Source: an uncultured Solirubrobacteraceae bacterium
GTDB lineage: Bacteria; Actinomycetota; Thermoleophilia; Solirubrobacterales; Solirubrobacteraceae
Assembly: GCA_964588985.1 (NCBI GenBank)
Contig: CAZPQW010000004.1
Location: 120,375 to 184,374 of the forward strand
Reading direction: 5' to 3'
DNA: 64,000 nt
Position 1 is the stretch's first letter; each line of letters starts with the position of its first letter. The notes beneath the pieces are model-generated. The model saw only the letters and a program-made list of their open reading frames with translations, was not told the DNA's origin and made no database searches. Made by a program: the position numbers and the translations under genes. Below, piece after piece: positions 1 through 8,757 of this stretch.

Positions 1-743
1 CGTCGATGGTTGGCGAACAGCGTGAGCGCGAAGCGCCCGGCGGGATGCTCGCGTGCGCGTTCGACGATCGCCGCCAGCTGCGCTGGCATGACCTCGGGCT
101 GCGGGAGCGAGACCCCGTACACGCTCGGGATGATCACCGGGGCAGACAGGGCCGCGAAGGTCAGGTCGGCGGCGCTGAAGCGCTCGCCGCATAGGTACGG
201 GCGCCCGTCCGAGAGCAGCCCCGCGACGTGGTCGAGCTCGCGGAAGACCGCCGCCTCGTCCTCGACCTCGACGCCCGGGACGATGCCGAGCTCGCGCTTG
301 ACGAAGTGTTGGATGACCGTCCACCCGTGGCGCAGCGCCTGGTCCTCCCAGCGCGGCACGCCCTGGTTGTTGAAGCTCAGCACGAGCTTGCGCGCGGGGA
401 GCATGTGCACGTACATCAGCCGCCGTCCCTGCGGTCCGAACTGTTCGTCGAGGCGCTTGCAGAGCGACTGCACCTCCGCTCGCGCGCTTGGCTCCGTGGG
501 GAACAGTCGTAGCTCGGCCGGCGTGCGCTCGTCGATCCACTCGAGGATCTCCTGGGACTCCCCGATCGCGCCGTCGTCGGTCACGAGCACGGGAACCGTC
601 TTGCCGCCGCCGGCACGCCTCGCGGCCACCTGGTGGACCCCCTGGATGTGGCGCTCCTCGCGGTAGGGCATGTCCGCCCGCTCGAGCGCCCAGCGGGCCT
701 TCTCGCAGTAGTGGCTGATCGGGATCGTTACGAGCCGGAGCAC
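1..743 (-). CDS. Glutathione S-transferase family protein (3' end runs off the window)
   Basis: Not in the ORF track. Manual minus-strand translation from GTG 743 gives MLRLVTIPISHYCEKARWALERAD... (GST N-domain SxYC) and ...GRPYLCGERFSAADLTFAAL (GST C-domain N-capping motif). A TACTGT -10 lies 6 nt upstream. Confidence 0.85.
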   Translation of the reverse strand, partial: MLRLVTIPISHYCEKARWALERADMPYREERHIQGVHQVAARRAGGGKTVPVLVTDDGAIGESQEILEWIDERTPAELRLFPTEPSARAEVQSLCKRLDEQFGPQGRRLMYVHMLPARKLVLSFNNQGVPRWEDQALRHGWTVIQHFVKRELGIVPGVEVEDEAAVFRELDHVAGLLSDGRPYLCGERFSAADLTFAALSAPVIIPSVYGVSLPQPEVMPAQLAAIVERAREHPAGRFALTLFANHR

Positions 744-778
744 CACAGAACAGTATGGAGGGAAAGTTCGTCTGGTTG

Positions 779-2371
779 CTACCGGGCCGCGGCCCGCCTG
801 CTGGTGCGCTCCAGCTCGCTGACGAGCGTGGCGATCGAGCGTTCGAGCTGCTGGATGCTCGCGGCCTCGACGCGCTCGACGCCCACCGCGCGGTTGACCC
901 ACGCGTTGATCTCGCGGTGGCCGCGTCCCTCTTTGCGATGCAGTTCGGCCACCAGGCGGCTGCGCTCCTGACGCAGGTGGTCACGGCGTTCGAAGGCCGC
1001 GACGGGGGCCGCTTCGGGCGCGGGTAGCGGCGCGGCGGTGGATGACTGCGCTCGCTGGGGCGGGCCGAACAGCGTCATCTGCGCTGCGAATTCCGCGTTC
1101 AGCGGCACGAACTCGGCGCTCGGCGACGGCTCTGTTTCGCGCCGCTCGCGGGGCTCGTCCCAGCCCTCCTCGGGCTCGTCGCGGTGGAGCGCGTGGCGCA
1201 GCTCCGTTTCCACCTGCGAGGCGTGGGAGCTGAGCGTCTGCTCGGCGGGCAGGTACAGCCAACTCGGCTCCGGTGGCCTGTCGGGGATCGTGCGCACGAA
1301 CCGCCCGACGATCTGGCGGAAGATCAGCGGCGTCTTCGCCGCGGTCGCGTAGACGCCCACGCGCAGCCTGGGGATGTCGACGCCCTCGGAGACCATGTTC
1401 ACCGCGACGATCCACGGATCGCGCGAGCCGCGGAAGTCCGCGAGCTTGCGCGCGGCGTTGGCCTCGGTGTGGAGCACCACCACCGGTGCGCGCCCGGTCA
1501 CCTCGCCGAGGAGCTTCGCGATCCTCCTGGCGTGGGTCGCGTCGGCCGCGACCGCGAGCCCGCCCGCGTCTCGGTGGCCCTCGGCGCGCAGTGCGGCCAG
1601 CTTCGCGTGCGCCTCTTTGAGGATCCGCGGCAGGCCGTCGGGTAGCTCGGTGGAGATCGCGGTGCGGTAGCGGCGGCTCGCCTCGCGGGCGCTCAGCACG
1701 GTCTCGAACGACGATTCGATCACGTCGTCTCCGCTGCGCCACGACAGCGTTCCGTCGAACGTCACGAACGCCACCGGGCGACAGATCCCGTCTGCGACCG
1801 CCTGGGCGTAGGTGTAGGACACGTCCGGGACGACCACGCCGTCGGCGTCGTAGCGCACGCCGGGAATGGGGGTCGCGTCGGAGCGAAACGGGGTCCCCGA
1901 CAGCAGCAGCCAGCGCGGCGAGGAGGAGAACGCACGCTGGAAGCCGGTGCCCCACGCGAGATCCTCGCCCAGGTGGTGAGCCTCGTCGACCACCACGAGC
2001 GTCTCCACGGACGCCTTCGCCGCCCAGCCGGTCGGGTCGCTGGCGACGCGCGCGTAGGTGACCGACACGCCGTGGAAGTCCCGAGGCGGGTTCGGTCCGG
2101 CGGCATCGGGCTGCAGCTGCACGCCGAGGATCGCCGCCGCGGCCGCCCACTGGCGCGTGAGCGGCGTGGTCGGGCACAGCACCACCACGCGCTTGACGAT
2201 CCGCCTCGCCAGCAGGTCCCTGGCGAGCTCCAGCGCGGGGCGCGTCTTGCCCGCCCCTGGGGCGGCCGAGATCAGGAACGGGCCCTCCCGCCAGTCGGCG
2301 AGCCGGTCGAGCGCGTGGCGTTGCCACCCGCGCAGCGATGTGGGGGAGGAGCGAGTCAAAGAGCCCGGCAT
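779..2371 (-). CDS. Superfamily 2 DEAD/DEAH-box helicase (ResIII-like)
   Basis: LRGWQ Q-motif, Walker A AAPGAGKT, DEAHH, LSGTP (motif III), MVSEGVDIP (V), QIVGRFVR (VI). Confidence 0.9.
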   Translation of the reverse strand: MPGSLTRSSPTSLRGWQRHALDRLADWREGPFLISAAPGAGKTRPALELARDLLARRIVKRVVVLCPTTPLTRQWAAAAAILGVQLQPDAAGPNPPRDFHGVSVTYARVASDPTGWAAKASVETLVVVDEAHHLGEDLAWGTGFQRAFSSSPRWLLLSGTPFRSDATPIPGVRYDADGVVVPDVSYTYAQAVADGICRPVAFVTFDGTLSWRSGDDVIESSFETVLSAREASRRYRTAISTELPDGLPRILKEAHAKLAALRAEGHRDAGGLAVAADATHARRIAKLLGEVTGRAPVVVLHTEANAARKLADFRGSRDPWIVAVNMVSEGVDIPRLRVGVYATAAKTPLIFRQIVGRFVRTIPDRPPEPSWLYLPAEQTLSSHASQVETELRHALHRDEPEEGWDEPRERRETEPSPSAEFVPLNAEFAAQMTLFGPPQRAQSSTAAPLPAPEAAPVAAFERRDHLRQERSRLVAELHRKEGRGHREINAWVNRAVGVERVEAASIQQLERSIATLVSELERTSRRAAAR

Positions 2372-2589
2372 CCTGCGGCACGGCGCGGACGGACACTCGG
2401 CGCAGGGCGCGATGTCGCTTGGTTGAGGGCGTTTGGGCCGTGGTGGTGCAGTTGGTCGATCCGGCCCACGAAGGTCGTCGTCTGTATTGACCAGAACGAC
2501 ACGGTATGTTTACAACACCGGCCAGTGGAATTCGACGACTCGGTCCGGGGTTTCATAGGCATCATTGGGGCGTGCTCCGGGGAGAATGG

Positions 2590-4023
2590 ATGGACGATCA
2601 GCAGCGACGGGTGCGGCCTGGTACGCGACCCCGTTTGCGTTTCTCCACCGACGACAGGCTGATCGGGCTCGTGCGTCACGGGGATCCGACCGCGTTCGAG
2701 ATCCTCTACGAACGGCACGTACGCGAGCTTCTGTCCTTCTGTCGCTACATGCTGGGCTCGCGCCAGGACGCCGAAGACGCGGTGCAGGCGACGTTTGCGT
2801 CCGCCTACAGGGCGCTGATCGCGGACGAGCGCGAGATCGTTCTGCGTCCGTGGCTGTTCGCGATCGCGCGAAACGCCTGCCTGAGCGTGCTGCGTCAGCG
2901 TCGTCCGCAGGGCGAGGGCGACGAGGACGTCGCCTCACACGAGGATCCCCTCGTGCACGTGGAGCAGCGCGAGGACCTGCGAACGATGCTCGCGAACATA
3001 CGCGCGCTACCCGAGCGCCAGCGTACGGCGCTCGTGCTCTCCGAGCTGCACGGCCTGAGTCACGAGGAGATAGGAGCTTTGCTTGGGGTCCGCGCGAGCC
3101 AGGTGAAGTCCTACGTGTACCAGGCACGATCGACCCTGATCTCCGATCGCCAGGCGCGCGGCGCGGACTGCCTGGAGATCCGCGAAGAGCTGAGCGTCGC
3201 GCGTGGCGCCGAGCTGTTGAGAAGCCGTCTTCGTCGGCATCTGAGCTCATGTGCGGATTGCCGTGCCTATGCGGACGGCCTCTCTCGCCAACGGCGTCGA
3301 TTCGGCGCGCTGGCGCCTCTCGCGCCGGTGCTGGCGCTCAAGCGACGCGTGCTCGAGGCTGTGCTCGGCAAAGGCTCGGGCGCGACCGCGGGAACATCGC
3401 TCGCGGCACCCACCGCGGATCTTGCTGCCGGCGGCTTGAAGATGATCGTCGTCAAGGCGCTCACGGTTGCTGCGTGCGTTGGCGCGAGCGCCGGTATCGG
3501 AGTCGGCGCGCACCTGCTGGGCGGGAGCGCGTCAGGTGCACATCGGGGTGACGTGCGGCTCGAGCTCACCGCATCCAAGCGGAGGGCATCCGTGGGCGCA
3601 TCGCCTACGCCTGTGCAGCCGGCGGCGAGCGCTCGTGCACGTGCGGAGGTCATCGACAGCCCTGTTCCTTCCGCGGGGGAGGGGCGGAGCGCTGACGGTG
3701 GGAGCGTTCAGGTCCTCCCAGCAGAGACACCCGTAGCTGGGCAGCGAGCGAGTCAGGAATCACATGCCAGCGGCGAAGAAGCCCGCAAGGTCAAGAGTGG
3801 CGGCGAAGCACACGGCAAGAGCGAAGAAGCTCACGGGAAGGCTGAAGAACCGCACGGCAAGAGCGAAGAAGCCCCTGGGAAGTCCGAAGAAGTCCACGGC
3901 AAGAGCGAAGAACCGCATGGCAAGAGCGAAGAAGCTCACAGTCCGAGCGAAGCGGTTGCGGCCCACGGTGAAGGCGAAACCTCTCGCGGCAAGAGCGAAG
4001 AAGCGCACGGAAAGGCCAAATAG
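2590..4023 (+). CDS. ECF RNA polymerase sigma factor with C-terminal extension (zinc-finger anti-sigma motif, TM helix, His-rich repeats)
   Basis: Sigma region 2 (DAEDAVQATF, PWLFAIARN), region 4 (LPERQRTALVL..GLSHEEI), HLSSCADC Hx3Cx2C motif, hydrophobic segment VVKALTVAACVGASAGIGVGA. ATG 2590 follows GGAG. Confidence 0.88.
   Translation: MDDQQRRVRPGTRPRLRFSTDDRLIGLVRHGDPTAFEILYERHVRELLSFCRYMLGSRQDAEDAVQATFASAYRALIADEREIVLRPWLFAIARNACLSVLRQRRPQGEGDEDVASHEDPLVHVEQREDLRTMLANIRALPERQRTALVLSELHGLSHEEIGALLGVRASQVKSYVYQARSTLISDRQARGADCLEIREELSVARGAELLRSRLRRHLSSCADCRAYADGLSRQRRRFGALAPLAPVLALKRRVLEAVLGKGSGATAGTSLAAPTADLAAGGLKMIVVKALTVAACVGASAGIGVGAHLLGGSASGAHRGDVRLELTASKRRASVGASPTPVQPAASARARAEVIDSPVPSAGEGRSADGGSVQVLPAETPVAGQRASQESHASGEEARKVKSGGEAHGKSEEAHGKAEEPHGKSEEAPGKSEEVHGKSEEPHGKSEEAHSPSEAVAAHGEGETSRGKSEEAHGKAK
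3811..4020 (+). repeat. 21-nt tandem repeat encoding HGKSEE(A/P/V) heptads (about 6 contiguous units, then degenerate copies)
   Basis: cacggcaagagcgaagaagct-like units start at 3811, 3832, 3853, 3874, 3895 and 3916; variation is largely synonymous in the HGKSEE frame. Confidence 0.9.
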
Positions 4024-4124
4024 GTCCGCGCCGGTACGCCAACTTGTATCCAACTCGTATCTCCGCCCAACCTCCGTGGCCAGTAGGCGTTTCAACACGC
4101 AAAGGACTACGAAGGAGAGGGAAC

Positions 4125-4670
4125 ATGAGACGAATTCTGGCGCGACTGGTCGCTGTTGCGGCTGCGCTCTCGTCGATCGGGACGGCCGGCATCATGGCCG
4201 CGCCGGCGAGCGCTGCTGGCACGGCATGCACGGGCAACTCGGGGGCGGTTACGTTCTCCCCGGGGCTCACGGGTACGGCGAAGGTGCAGAACATCGTGAT
4301 CAAGGGAAGCTTCACCGGCTGCACAGGCTCGACGGTGAACTCGGCGACATACGTGGCGAAACTCAAGTCTGCGCACGCGGCGACCTGCGCGACGCTGGCC
4401 GTGGCAGGGGAAACGGCGTCCGGGTCATTCGTGGTGAAGTGGTCGCCAAAGGGTCAGGGCAACTCGCACGGCACGCTCACGTTGACGGAGACGGGCGGAA
4501 CCGGGGCAAGCGCGGCGGGCACGATCAGCGAAGGCCTGTTCTCGGGGCTGGGCGTCTCCGGATCGGCAGAAGCGCTCACGCCGATCTTCACCGGCACCGG
4601 CGAACCGTGCACCAAGAAGAACCCGCTCAAGAAAGCAACGTTTACGAGCTCGGGCATCGCGATCTCCTGA
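4125..4670 (+). CDS. Secreted Thr/Gly-rich hypothetical protein with four Cys
   Basis: AGGAG RBS, Sec signal peptide MRRILARLVAVAAALSS...ASA, beta-rich mature part. Confidence 0.8.
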   Translation: MRRILARLVAVAAALSSIGTAGIMAAPASAAGTACTGNSGAVTFSPGLTGTAKVQNIVIKGSFTGCTGSTVNSATYVAKLKSAHAATCATLAVAGETASGSFVVKWSPKGQGNSHGTLTLTETGGTGASAAGTISEGLFSGLGVSGSAEALTPIFTGTGEPCTKKNPLKKATFTSSGIAIS

Positions 4671-4774
4671 AGCTCTGCTGACTGCGCGAGATGGTGGCCC
4701 TGGACCCCACTCCTGGGGCCGCCATCTCGCGCGGATGTGGCGGTGAGCACCTGAAGACGGGACAATGCGGGGCA

Positions 4775-5182
4775 GTGGACGGTCATCGCCAGCGCAACAT
4801 CGACGCCCACCGCTCGGTGGTCGAGGCGGTCAACGCACGTGAGGTCCCCGAGGCGCTGCTGGCGCCCGGCTTCTCGATGGAGAACCGTCTCAGCGCGGTG
4901 ACCGACTACGACTACCACGGCGCGACCGGATTCGCCGACTGGATGAGCGACTTGTTCGAAGTGTTCGCGGAGGGTGCACTCTACGAGGTCGAGGAGGTAC
5001 TCGCCGCAGGCGAGGACTACGTGGCGGCGATGTTCTGTGTCGCTGGTCGAGGCGCCCGCTCGCGGCTGCCGCTCGAGTTCCGCTGGGCGGGCGTGACGTG
5101 GTTTCGCGGCGGTCTCGCCACGAAGGCGGTCGGCTACAGCTCGCGCGAGGAGGCGCTGAAAGCGGTCGACCTGAAGCCTTGA
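4775..5182 (+). CDS. SnoaL/NTF2-like domain protein
   Basis: YHGATGFADW...YEVEEVLAAGEDYVAA...FRGGLA...YSSREEALKAV is the typical pattern of actinobacterial SnoaL-like proteins; start uncertain (4691 or 4775). Confidence 0.75.
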   Translation: MDGHRQRNIDAHRSVVEAVNAREVPEALLAPGFSMENRLSAVTDYDYHGATGFADWMSDLFEVFAEGALYEVEEVLAAGEDYVAAMFCVAGRGARSRLPLEFRWAGVTWFRGGLATKAVGYSSREEALKAVDLKP

Positions 5183-5233
5183 GTCGCGCGCTACGACCTT
5201 CGTCCAGAGCGCTTTCAAAGGCTAACGGCAAGC

Positions 5234-5261
5234 GTTTCGATGGGTCGAATCATCGGGGTAG
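5234..5261 (+). promoter_or_regulatory. Possible SigB/SigF-type promoter (GTTT-N18-GGGTAG)
   Basis: Sits upstream of the anti-anti-sigma gene; the spacer is slightly longer than the usual consensus. Confidence 0.35.
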
Positions 5262-5283
5262 AAACCCCCTGGAAGGAGACGCG

Positions 5284-5649
5284 ATGTCGTCGTTCTACAT
5301 CACCGAGGACGTGCAGGCCGACGGCCTCGCCGTACTTGCGGTCAGCGGAGAGATCGACTTCGAGGTGAGCCCGCGGTTGAGGGCCTCCATCGACCGCCAC
5401 GTCAAGGCCGGGCACGGTCGCCTGATGCTCGACCTCTCAGAGGCGAGCTTCATCGACTCCACCGCGATCGGCGTGATCGCCGGGTGCGCCACGAGCCTGC
5501 GCAGGTCGGGGGAGGGGCTGATGGTGATCGTCTGTCCGGTGGAGAACCGCAAGATCATGCGGATCTTCGAGATCGCGGGGTTGGAGCGCGCCGTCGACGT
5601 TCACCCGTCTCGCGAGGATGCGCTGGCCGATCTCGCCGCCGCCGCGTGA
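5284..5649 (+). CDS. STAS-domain anti-sigma factor antagonist (RsbV-like)
   Basis: VSGEID...LDLSEASFIDSTAIG (phosphorylatable Ser), RIFEIAGL; AAGGAG RBS. Confidence 0.92.
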   Translation: MSSFYITEDVQADGLAVLAVSGEIDFEVSPRLRASIDRHVKAGHGRLMLDLSEASFIDSTAIGVIAGCATSLRRSGEGLMVIVCPVENRKIMRIFEIAGLERAVDVHPSREDALADLAAAA

Positions 5650-5650
5650 C

Positions 5651-6058
5651 ATGACCGCTCAGGCCGAGTTGAGCCTCGCTTCGGAGCTGCGCCTGCGCGC
5701 CACCGCATACGATCTCGCCGGCGCACGCGACTACGCGGCTGCGGCCGCGGCCGCCTTCGGGTTGAGTCCCGACGACGGCTACGACTTCGTGTACGCCGTC
5801 AACGAGGCGGTGACCAACGCGATCCGCCACGGCTCGCCCGACGAGCACGGGCAGATCGTGTTGAGCGTCGGCGCCGTCGGCGAGCGGCTGGTGTTCTCCG
5901 TGCGCGACTACGGGACGTTCGCGATGCCCGCCTCCGCGTCCGCCTCGGACCTCGAGGGCGGCCGTGGTTTCGCCCTGATGGAGCAACTGGTCGACGACGT
6001 GCAGGTGCAGGCCGACGGCGATGGCACAACCGTGACCCTGTCGAAGGCTCGTATGTGA
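5651..6058 (+). CDS. Anti-sigma factor / Ser kinase, HATPase_c (RsbW-like)
   Basis: AVNEAVTNAIRHG (N box), VRDYG (G1), GGRGFALM (G2), GTTV. Confidence 0.92.
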   Translation: MTAQAELSLASELRLRATAYDLAGARDYAAAAAAAFGLSPDDGYDFVYAVNEAVTNAIRHGSPDEHGQIVLSVGAVGERLVFSVRDYGTFAMPASASASDLEGGRGFALMEQLVDDVQVQADGDGTTVTLSKARM

Positions 6059-6062
6059 TCAT

Positions 6063-7913
6063 GTGGGCGCACGGACTCATACGGAGGGGGTGAGGGTTGG
6101 TTTGATCTGCCACCGAAAGTCCAGAGGCCAACATCCCACACGGCGGGTGACGTGGCGTTCGCTCTGCCTCGTGTGCGCCGTCGTCGTCGCGCCCTCGCCC
6201 GTCGCCGCCACAGCCGCGACTCTGAATCTGTCGTTGTTGGGCTCATCCTCGAACGGGCAGCACTCATCGCTCCTCGGGATCGCAGTCTCGCCCAATCTGA
6301 CGGTGGAACTGCCGGCGGTGAAAGTCGAACTGCCGTTGCTGCCGAAGGTCGAAGCCACGCTGCCGAAGGTGGAAGTGCCTCTGCCCAAGGTCGAAGTGAC
6401 CCCCTCGCAGCAGCCCGAAACGCCATCCGCTCCGACGAGCAGCACGCCGGCGCCTGCGCCGACGAGCCCCTCTGCTCCCGCGGGCGAAACGCCGTCGAGC
6501 GCTGGGGGCGGCACGTCCACCGCCCCGACAGCAGGCGCGAGCACGGCGACGATCGCATCGGTCCGCGCTTCGGGCAATGCTCCAGCCACCGCCGCGAGCG
6601 CCGAACAGATTCGCTCGCGAGCACCGCATCGGCACCATCAGACAAATCCGCAGAAGCCGGTGGGACGCAGCGGCCCCCCTCGTCTGCTCGCTGTGAGCTA
6701 CCCGACCGCGCCGGTGCCCGCCGCAAGCGCCTCAGGCACCACAGGAGCGGCTCGTGCGCACGCGACAGCCGCTGCGAATCCGCTCGATGCGCTCGGCAGG
6801 CACCTACCGATTCCGCTGCCCGTGCCGGACTGGAGCAAGCCGATCATCCTTCTGCTGTTGCTCGCGGCGCTGTGGTTCGGCGCGCGCTCTCGTCTGGCCG
6901 TCCGCCGCGCGCACCGCCTCGAGGGGCAGCGCGACCTGCTCCTGCAGGATCTCGGAGTGATGCAGACGACGCTCGTGCCGGTGATCCCGCGCCGGGTCGG
7001 CGAGTTGGCGGTGTCGGTGGCGTACCGTCCGGCCGACGGTCCGGCGGCGGGCGGCGACTTCTACGACGTGTTCGAGCTCGAGAGCGGCAGGGTGGCGGTG
7101 ATCCTGGGGGACGTGGCCGGCCACGGCCACGAGGCGCTCACGCAGGCGGCGCTGACGCGCTACACGCTGCGCGCCTACCTCCAGGCCGGCCTGGAGCCGC
7201 GCGCGGCGCTAGCGCTCGCTGGAAGCGTGCTCGCGGATGCCTCGGCGGCGCACTTCGCGACCGTGGCGGTCGGGATCTACGACGGCTCCCGCGGCACGCT
7301 CGTCCACGCGAGCGCCGGACATCCGCCGCCGATCCTGACGGGCTTCGACGCGCCCGAGCCGCTCACGGTGTGCTGCTCTCCGCCGGTCGGGTGGGACGTG
7401 CCGACCGGCCGTCGCCAGACGACGCTCTCGCTGCCCGCGGGCGCTGGGGTGTGCTTCTTCAGCGACGGCCTGATCGAGGCTCGCACGAAGGACGGTCTGC
7501 TCGGCCGCGATCGCCTGACGGGCATGCTCGCCGAGCTCGGCGCGCGTCCGACCTCGGCCGAGCTGCTCGAGCGGGTGCAGGCGGGAGCCGAGTCCACGCC
7601 CGACGACATGGTGGCCTGCATCCTCGCGCCGCAGGTGACCGTCGCCTCGGTTAGCTGTCATGTGGAGGAGCTGGAAGTCGACGCCGACGATCTCCGCGGT
7701 GACGGCATGGAGCGCTTCCTCGATGCGTGTGGCGTGGCTGGGCCCGAGATCGCGGCGGCGTCGGCTCGTGCGCGGGAGCTCCTCGATGCCGGCGAGACGG
7801 CGCTGCTGCACGTCGAGTGCACGTCTGACGGTAGTCCCGCGGCCGTCGCGGTCGTGCCGGGTCTCGAAGCGCCGGTCGATGCGCAGGCTCATGTCGAGTT
7901 GAGCCGCCTCTAG
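6063..7913 (+). CDS. Membrane-anchored PP2C/SpoIIE-family Ser phosphatase (RsbU-like) with Pro/Ala/Thr-rich extracytoplasmic N-terminus
   Basis: GGDFYD, GDVAGHG, ASAGHPPP, FSDGLIE, DDMV motifs; TM KPIILLLLLAALWFG; true start possibly GTG near 6147. Confidence 0.88.
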   Translation: MGARTHTEGVRVGLICHRKSRGQHPTRRVTWRSLCLVCAVVVAPSPVAATAATLNLSLLGSSSNGQHSSLLGIAVSPNLTVELPAVKVELPLLPKVEATLPKVEVPLPKVEVTPSQQPETPSAPTSSTPAPAPTSPSAPAGETPSSAGGGTSTAPTAGASTATIASVRASGNAPATAASAEQIRSRAPHRHHQTNPQKPVGRSGPPRLLAVSYPTAPVPAASASGTTGAARAHATAAANPLDALGRHLPIPLPVPDWSKPIILLLLLAALWFGARSRLAVRRAHRLEGQRDLLLQDLGVMQTTLVPVIPRRVGELAVSVAYRPADGPAAGGDFYDVFELESGRVAVILGDVAGHGHEALTQAALTRYTLRAYLQAGLEPRAALALAGSVLADASAAHFATVAVGIYDGSRGTLVHASAGHPPPILTGFDAPEPLTVCCSPPVGWDVPTGRRQTTLSLPAGAGVCFFSDGLIEARTKDGLLGRDRLTGMLAELGARPTSAELLERVQAGAESTPDDMVACILAPQVTVASVSCHVEELEVDADDLRGDGMERFLDACGVAGPEIAAASARARELLDAGETALLHVECTSDGSPAAVAVVPGLEAPVDAQAHVELSRL

Positions 7914-8251
7914 CGACGGATGTGGCGACGGCGGGAGCTCGTCGGCCGGGACACGCTCCTGGGCCCTCCGCGCAGCTGAAGCTGGCCGAGCGGACTGCCG
8001 GGCTCGGGCGGCGGACGTTCGAGGCCTTCAACCAGCTCGGCGAGGCTGACGCCGAGGGCGTTGATGATCTTGACCACGGTGGTCCATCCCGGACTGTTGA
8101 GTCCGCGTTCGATCCTCGACAGCGACGAGACCGTGATGCCGGCCTCGTAGGCGAGGTCTTCCTGGGTGATGTCGCGCTCCTCGCGGAGCTGTTTCACGAC
8201 CGCTGCCAGGACTGGATCGGGCTGCTCGTGCACCTCAGAAACGTGCCTCAA
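7910..8251 (-). CDS. XRE-family HTH transcriptional regulator
   Basis: VKQLREERDITQEDLA...LSRIERG..SP...IINALGVS. Confidence 0.88.
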   Translation of the reverse strand: MRHVSEVHEQPDPVLAAVVKQLREERDITQEDLAYEAGITVSSLSRIERGLNSPGWTTVVKIINALGVSLAELVEGLERPPPEPGSPLGQLQLRGGPRSVSRPTSSRRRHIRR

Positions 8252-8412
8252 TACCCGGCCTCGGGTCCAGAGGTACGACGCCTAGGACTGCTTGCTTTGT
8301 TGGAGACATTGCGCTCGTCCGCTCCGCTTCGCGTTCGCCCGACGGGTGCTGGGTTTCGGCGCTTCGACGACCGATCTACCGGTCGGTGCCGCGACGGCTG
8401 CACTTGTCAATG

Positions 8413-8426
8413 CGAACATGTGTTCG
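8413..8426. promoter_or_regulatory. LexA (SOS/Cheo) box CGAAC-ATGT-GTTCG
   Basis: Perfect match to the Gram-positive/actinobacterial CGAAC-N4-GTTCG consensus, 1 nt before ATG 8428. Confidence 0.8.
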
Positions 8427-8427
8427 T

Positions 8428-8751
8428 ATGGGTCTTGGACCATATCACCCCGTTCGCGACCTCGAACGAGCTCTCGAGCGCGGTGACCTGGAGATGGCGA
8501 TCGCGCTCGCGAAGGACGTCTCGCGCGAGCACGGACGCCCGATCCACATCGATCTCGCGTTGCGTCTGCTGGCGCTCGTGGCGGTGCAGCGGCTCGAGGA
8601 GTACGACCGCTGGGCCTGCCGCTGGCTCGCACGGTGGCTCGGCGAGACCGCCGGAGCGACGATCGACCAGACGGCCGAGATCGCGGGTGCGCTGGCGGAA
8701 CTTCCGGAGGAGCCGCGCTCGCTGGATGCGATCCGCGGGGTGCTGCGCTGA
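8428..8751 (+). CDS. Small all-helical hypothetical protein, probably LexA-regulated
   Basis: GC-rich codon pattern; MGLGPYHPVRDLERALERGDLEMAIALAKD...RWACRWLARWLGE. Confidence 0.75.
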   Translation: MGLGPYHPVRDLERALERGDLEMAIALAKDVSREHGRPIHIDLALRLLALVAVQRLEEYDRWACRWLARWLGETAGATIDQTAEIAGALAELPEEPRSLDAIRGVLR

Positions 8752-8757
8752 GAGGCG

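Noticed and set aside
6-718. Plus-strand ORFs at the window start
   Set aside because: Shadows of the minus-strand GST gene
779-2371. Helicase as part of a restriction or defence system
   Set aside because: No adjacent methylase or nuclease; it resembles a stand-alone actinobacterial SF2 helicase
3811-3957. Regular 21-nt repeats considered as a CRISPR array
   Set aside because: No spacers, in-frame coding, and no cas genes
3764-4681. Alternative-frame ORF reading like a histone H1-like protein (TARAKK repeats)
   Set aside because: It is a shifted reading of the HGKSEE repeat. Repeat variation (CAC/CAT, GGC/GGG, AGC/TCC) is synonymous in the sigma-factor frame.
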